NCBI GenBank assembly: GCA_044866005.1
Contig: JBIOTN010000120.1
Location: forward strand, 1 to 19,408
From: Candidatus Rokuibacteriota bacterium
GTDB lineage: Bacteria; Methylomirabilota; Methylomirabilia; Rokubacteriales; DASRDR01
Reading direction: 5' to 3'
Length of the DNA: 19,408 nucleotides
The notes under the pieces: model-generated
What the model was told of the DNA's origin: nothing
The model's input: only the letters and a program-made list of their open reading frames with translations
The model's database searches: none
Translations under genes and position numbers: made by a program
Shown here: positions 15,487 to 19,408 of the stretch, piece by piece
Layout: every line of letters starts with the position of its first letter
Position numbering within the stretch: the stretch's first letter is position 1

Positions 15487-18003
15487 CTACTCGCGGCGGA
15501 GCAGCGGCAGCGGCTTCTGCCCCAGCAGGCGGAAGGTGCCGAGGAAGCCGACCGCCAGGGCGAGCGCGGCGGGCACGGCCACGCCGAGGGCGAGGGCGGC
15601 CGGCTCGAAGGTCCACGGCACCTCGAGGACGAAGCGCAGGACGATCCAGGCGAGCAGTCCCGCGAGGAGGGTGCCTCCGCCGCCGCCGGCGGCGCCCAGG
15701 CAGCCGTACTCGACGGCGAAGGCGCGCGCGACCACGGCCCGCGAGGCCCCCAGCGTCCGCAGCACGGCGGACTCGTAGAGCCGCTGATACCGGGTGGCGG
15801 ACAGCGCGCTGGCCATCACCACCAGGCCGGCGCCGATCACGAAGAGGGCGACCACCCGGACGGCGACCGCGATCCGCTCCATCACGTCGCCCACGCGCTC
15901 CAGGACCTCCCGCACCGGAACCGCGGTCACGTTGGGGAACGCGCGGACGACGGCGTCCTGCACCGCCGCGTCGGCCGCCGGGGGGACGCGCGCCGTCGCG
16001 AGGTAGCTGAGCGGCGCGCCGTCGAGCGCGCCCTGCGAGAAGACGACGAAGAAGTTGGCGGACAGGCTGTGCCAGTCCACGCGTCGGAGACTCATCACCT
16101 CCCCCTCGACCCGCACGCCCTGGACGTCGAAGGTGAGCGTCCCGCCCACGTCCACGCCGAAGCTCCGCGCCGCCTCGTCTTCCACGGAGACCCGCGGCCG
16201 GGCCGCGGCGTCCGCGTCGGTCCACCAGCGCCCCCTGGTCAGGACGTTGGCCGGCGGCGGCGCGGCGGCGAAGGTGAGCACGTACTCGCGCGTGAAGCGC
16301 CAGGCGTCGTCCTGCCCCTGGGCCCGGTCGCGCCCGACCGGCCGGCCGTTGATGGCGACGAGCCGGGCGCGGACCACCGGCGTGAGCGCCGGGGTGGTCC
16401 CCGCGGCCACGCCGCTCACCGTCCGGACGAAGGCCTCGGCCTGATCCGGCTGGATGTCCACGAAGAAGAAGGACGGCGCCTCGCGGCGTCGCTCGAGGTC
16501 GATGTGGGCGCCGATGCTCCGCTCGAGGAGCGCCACCGTGACCACGAGCATGACCCCGACGCCGAGGGAGACGATCAGGCCGACGGTCTGGCCGCCGGGG
16601 CGGTGAAGACCGGCCAGGCCGTGGCGCCAGGCGAGCCACCGGAGCCGGGGCAGCCGGCGGGCGAGGCGCGTGACCCCGCGCGCGATCCCGACGAGCAGCG
16701 CGACCGCGACCAGCGAGGCGCCGACGAAGATCCCGCCGACCTTCGGCGAGTCCGCCTGCCAGAGGGCGAGTGCGGCCAGGCCAGAGGCGACCCCCAGCGC
16801 CGCGAGCCAGGGCCGCGGGGCGCGGGTCGGCGTCGCGTCGACGGGTTGGCGGAGCACGAGCGCGGGCGGGATGGCGCGGACCTGCCGCAGCGGCCAGAGG
16901 ACGCAGAGGAGCGTGACCAGGATGCCCAGCCCGAGGCCGCGGGCCACGGCCCAGGGCGCCAGGCGCGCCTCGAGCTCGAAGGGGACGAACCCGGCCAGGA
17001 GCGGAACCAGGAGAGCCTGGACGGCGATCCCCAGGGTCGCGCCGATCACGCTGCCCAGGGCGCCCAGGGCCAGGGCCTGGGTGAGGTAGGTCGCGAGGAG
17101 CTGACGGCCTTCGGCTCCCACGCACTTGAGGATCGCGATCGTGGAGCGCTTCCGCTCGATGAAGGTGCGGGCGCTGGCGGCGACGCCGATCCCGCCCACC
17201 AGGAGGCTCACGAGACCGACGAGCCCGAGGTACGTCGTGAGCTGGGCGAAGAAGCGCCGCAGCCCCGGCTGGGCTTCGTCGAAGCTCGTGACGCGGATGG
17301 CCGGGTCGGGCAGATCGCGCGCCAGCGCGGCGCGCGTGGCGCGGGCGTCGAGCGCGTCCGGCAGGCGGACGAGCGTCCGATGCCGGACCCGGCTCCCGAA
17401 CTGGACCAGGCCCGTGCGGTCGAGCGCGTCGGCGCCGATCAGGACGCGCGGCCCGAGGGTGAAGGCGCCCGCGGGTCGGTCCGGCTCCTTGCGGAGCACG
17501 CCCGTGATGGTGAAGCGGGCCGCGCCGATCAGGAGGGGATCGCCCACGGCGAGGCCGAGGCGGCGGAGCAGCGTCTCCTCGACGACGGCCCCCTGCTCGC
17601 CGAGGAGCGCCCGGAGGGGCCGCGCGGGGACCGTCTCGAGGCGACCGTAGAAGGGATAGGCCGCCTCGACCGCCTTCAGCTCCACGAGCAGCGTCGCGCC
17701 GCGGCGGCCATCGCGGGCCATTCCCACGAGCTCGCGCACCGCCGTCACCTCGGCGCCCCGGTCCCGGAGGCGCTCGAGCGCCGCCCGGGCGGCCGCCTCG
17801 AGGGGGCGCGTCGTGCGCAGCTCCACGTCGCCGCCGAGGAGGGCCTTGGCCTCGCGCCCGAGGGTGCGGTCGAGACTCGCCGCGAAGCTCGCGACCCCGA
17901 CCAGCGCCGCCACCCCGACGGCGATGGAGACCAGGCAGACGAGGACGTGACGCCATGCGGCACGCGTCTCGCGCCACGCCATGCGGAGCGGGAACAGGCT
18001 CAC
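15487..18003 (-). CDS. ybbP: YbbP-like ABC transporter permease (two FtsX domains, type VII)
   Basis: 838 aa; MAWRETR, ALLGGD, IAILKCVGA, PSFFFVDIQPDQ, PVVRARL, TREYVLT, LRRVDW...NFFVVF, YESAVLRTLGA. GTGA overlap with the ATPase stop. Confidence 0.9.
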   Translation of the reverse strand: MSLFPLRMAWRETRAAWRHVLVCLVSIAVGVAALVGVASFAASLDRTLGREAKALLGGDVELRTTRPLEAAARAALERLRDRGAEVTAVRELVGMARDGRRGATLLVELKAVEAAYPFYGRLETVPARPLRALLGEQGAVVEETLLRRLGLAVGDPLLIGAARFTITGVLRKEPDRPAGAFTLGPRVLIGADALDRTGLVQFGSRVRHRTLVRLPDALDARATRAALARDLPDPAIRVTSFDEAQPGLRRFFAQLTTYLGLVGLVSLLVGGIGVAASARTFIERKRSTIAILKCVGAEGRQLLATYLTQALALGALGSVIGATLGIAVQALLVPLLAGFVPFELEARLAPWAVARGLGLGILVTLLCVLWPLRQVRAIPPALVLRQPVDATPTRAPRPWLAALGVASGLAALALWQADSPKVGGIFVGASLVAVALLVGIARGVTRLARRLPRLRWLAWRHGLAGLHRPGGQTVGLIVSLGVGVMLVVTVALLERSIGAHIDLERRREAPSFFFVDIQPDQAEAFVRTVSGVAAGTTPALTPVVRARLVAINGRPVGRDRAQGQDDAWRFTREYVLTFAAAPPPANVLTRGRWWTDADAAARPRVSVEDEAARSFGVDVGGTLTFDVQGVRVEGEVMSLRRVDWHSLSANFFVVFSQGALDGAPLSYLATARVPPAADAAVQDAVVRAFPNVTAVPVREVLERVGDVMERIAVAVRVVALFVIGAGLVVMASALSATRYQRLYESAVLRTLGASRAVVARAFAVEYGCLGAAGGGGGTLLAGLLAWIVLRFVLEVPWTFEPAALALGVAVPAALALAVGFLGTFRLLGQKPLPLLRRE

Positions 18004-18695
18004 GGCCGCGCCCCGCCGTCGCCGTTCCGCCGGTCGCTGACGATGCGCCCGTCGCGCAGCTCGACGATCCGGTCGGCGTGCCGCGCGAGGGCCGGGTCGT
18101 GGGTCACGAGGACGAGCGTGCTGCCGTGCTCCCGGTTCCAGGCCACCAGCAGGTCGATGATCTGGGCGCCGCTCCTGGAGTCGAGGTTGCCGGTCGGCTC
18201 GTCGGCGAGGAGGAGGGTCGGCCGATTCGCGAAGGCGCGGGCGAGCGCGACGCGTTGCTGCTCGCCGCCCGAGAGCTGCGCGGGGTAATGGTGGAGGCGG
18301 GCCCCGAGCCCGACCTCGCCGAGGAGCGTCCTGGCGCGCCCGATCGGGTCGGCGCCGCCGCCGAGCTCGAGCGGCAGCGCCACGTTCTCCAGGGCGGTCA
18401 GGGTCGGGATGAGATGGAAGGACTGAAAGACGTAGCCGATCGTGTCGCGGCGCAGGCGGGCCAGGGCGTCCTCGGTGAGCTCGGCGAGGTCGTGGCCTCC
18501 GACGCGGACGGAGCCCGCCGTCGGCCGGTCGAGGCCCGCGATGAGCCCGAGGAGCGTGGACTTCCCGCTCCCCGAGGGCCCGGTCACGGCGAGGACCTGG
18601 CGGGCCGGCACCTCGAGCGTCACGCCGTCGAGGATCGTCACGGGCCCGCTGCCGCTCGCGAGCCGCATGGCGAGATCGCGCAGCTCGATGATCAT
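18000..18695 (-). CDS. ybbA: YbbA/LolD-like ABC ATP-binding protein
   Basis: GPSGSGKSTLL, IGYVFQSFHLIPTLTALENV, LSGGEQQRVALARA, ADEPTGNLD, LVTHD; synteny with ybbP and tesA. Confidence 0.93.
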   Translation of the reverse strand: MIIELRDLAMRLASGSGPVTILDGVTLEVPARQVLAVTGPSGSGKSTLLGLIAGLDRPTAGSVRVGGHDLAELTEDALARLRRDTIGYVFQSFHLIPTLTALENVALPLELGGGADPIGRARTLLGEVGLGARLHHYPAQLSGGEQQRVALARAFANRPTLLLADEPTGNLDSRSGAQIIDLLVAWNREHGSTLVLVTHDPALARHADRIVELRDGRIVSDRRNGDGGARP

Positions 18696-18767
18696 CTCGT
18701 CATCTCGCCGGGATGCCGCGGGCCTGCGGCCCTCGGTCCGTCCCGTCCGTCCGGTGGCATCTCGCCC

Positions 18768-18777
18768 ATATTACACT
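18768..18777. promoter_or_regulatory. Overlapping divergent -10 elements between ybbA and tesA
   Basis: AT-rich ATATTACACT: TACACT on plus (18772-18777), TAATAT on minus (18773-18768). Confidence 0.5.
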
Positions 18778-18783
18778 TGGGCC

Positions 18784-19407
18784 ATGCGACGGCTCGGCCT
18801 CGCCGTGCTCGCCGCCGCCTGGGGCCTGGCGCTCTGCGCCGCGCCCGCGCGTGCGGAGGAGCGGGTCATCGTCGCCCTCGGCGACAGCCTGACGGCCGGC
18901 TTCGGCGTCGCCGCGGAGGAGGCGTGGCCGGCGCGGCTCGAGGCCCGGCTGGCCCGCGAGGGCTACCGCTACCGCGTGGTGAACGCGGGTGTCAGCGGCG
19001 ACACCTCCGCCGGCGGGCTCCGGCGGGTGGACTGGGTCCTGCGGGCGGGGCCCGAGATCGTCATCGTCGCCCTCGGCGCCAACGACGGCCTGCGGGGCCA
19101 GAGCGTCGCGGCGATGCGCCGGAACCTCGCCGAGATCGTCGCGCGACTCCACGCGGGCGGGGCGCGCGTCCTCCTGGCCGGGATGCGCCTGCCGCCGAAC
19201 TACGGGGCGGACTACGTCCGGGAGTTCACCCAGGCCTATGCCGAGGTCGCCCGGACGGCGCGCGTCCCCCTCGCGCCGTTCCTCCTCGACGGGGTGGCCG
19301 TGGACCCGCGCCTGAACCAGCCGGACGGCCTCCATCCCAACGCCGAGGGCCACCGGCGCATCGCCGAGCGGCTCTGGCCCTTCCTCGTCCCGCTGCTCCG
19401 GCGCTGA
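18784..19407 (+). CDS. tesA: Arylesterase / acyl-CoA thioesterase I (SGNH/GDSL hydrolase, TesA-like), exported
   Basis: Start ATG 18784; signal peptide ending ARA|E; blocks GDSLTAG, NAGVSGDT, ALGANDGLRG, DGLHPN. Confidence 0.94.
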   Translation: MRRLGLAVLAAAWGLALCAAPARAEERVIVALGDSLTAGFGVAAEEAWPARLEARLAREGYRYRVVNAGVSGDTSAGGLRRVDWVLRAGPEIVIVALGANDGLRGQSVAAMRRNLAEIVARLHAGGARVLLAGMRLPPNYGADYVREFTQAYAEVARTARVPLAPFLLDGVAVDPRLNQPDGLHPNAEGHRRIAERLWPFLVPLLRR

Positions 19408-19408
19408 G

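Noticed and set aside
13063..18288. Very long alternative ORFs 13063..15387 (-), 14046..16010 (+), 15359..17977 (-) and 16069..18288 (+)
   Set aside because: They overlap well-supported genes in other frames and have no recognisable motifs; stop-codon scarcity at high GC explains them.
18736..18752. GTCC-type micro-repeats in the ybbA-tesA gap
   Set aside because: Short, imperfect and plausible by chance in GC-rich DNA.
1..19408. CRISPR array, tRNA/rRNA, riboswitch, IS element or prophage
   Set aside because: No regularly spaced repeats, transposase/integrase motifs or recognisable RNA signatures; all intergenic gaps are under about 180 bp.

Overview
Very GC-rich (roughly 70-75% by eye), gene-dense bacterial DNA. 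Composition and the abundance of NitT/TauT-type ABC genes are reminiscent of Candidatus Rokubacteria, but that is only an impression. Bases 952-12889 (minus strand) hold three complete NitT/TauT (SsuABC/TauABC-like) ABC importers, each with one binding protein, one ATPase and two different permeases. Embedded among them are two cytoplasmic decarboxylase-type enzymes: a class II aldolase-fold protein of the HMPD/HCOMODA-decarboxylase type and a 4,5-dihydroxyphthalate-decarboxylase-like protein. A VOC extradiol ring-cleavage dioxygenase (13069-13977) is transcribed divergently. Together these suggest an uncharacterised uptake, decarboxylation and ring-cleavage locus for hydroxylated (hetero)aromatic carboxylates; the substrate cannot be read from sequence. 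On the left are a small exported protein and an exported single-HKD phospholipase D/Nuc-type protein that runs off the window edge. On the right are a DUF2079 membrane protein and a ybbP-ybbA/tesA-type divergent module. No rRNA, tRNA, CRISPR array, transposase or transcription factor gene was seen. Several candidate promoters, operators and stem-loops are visible in the short intergenic regions. All family assignments are from motif recognition by eye, not from database searches.
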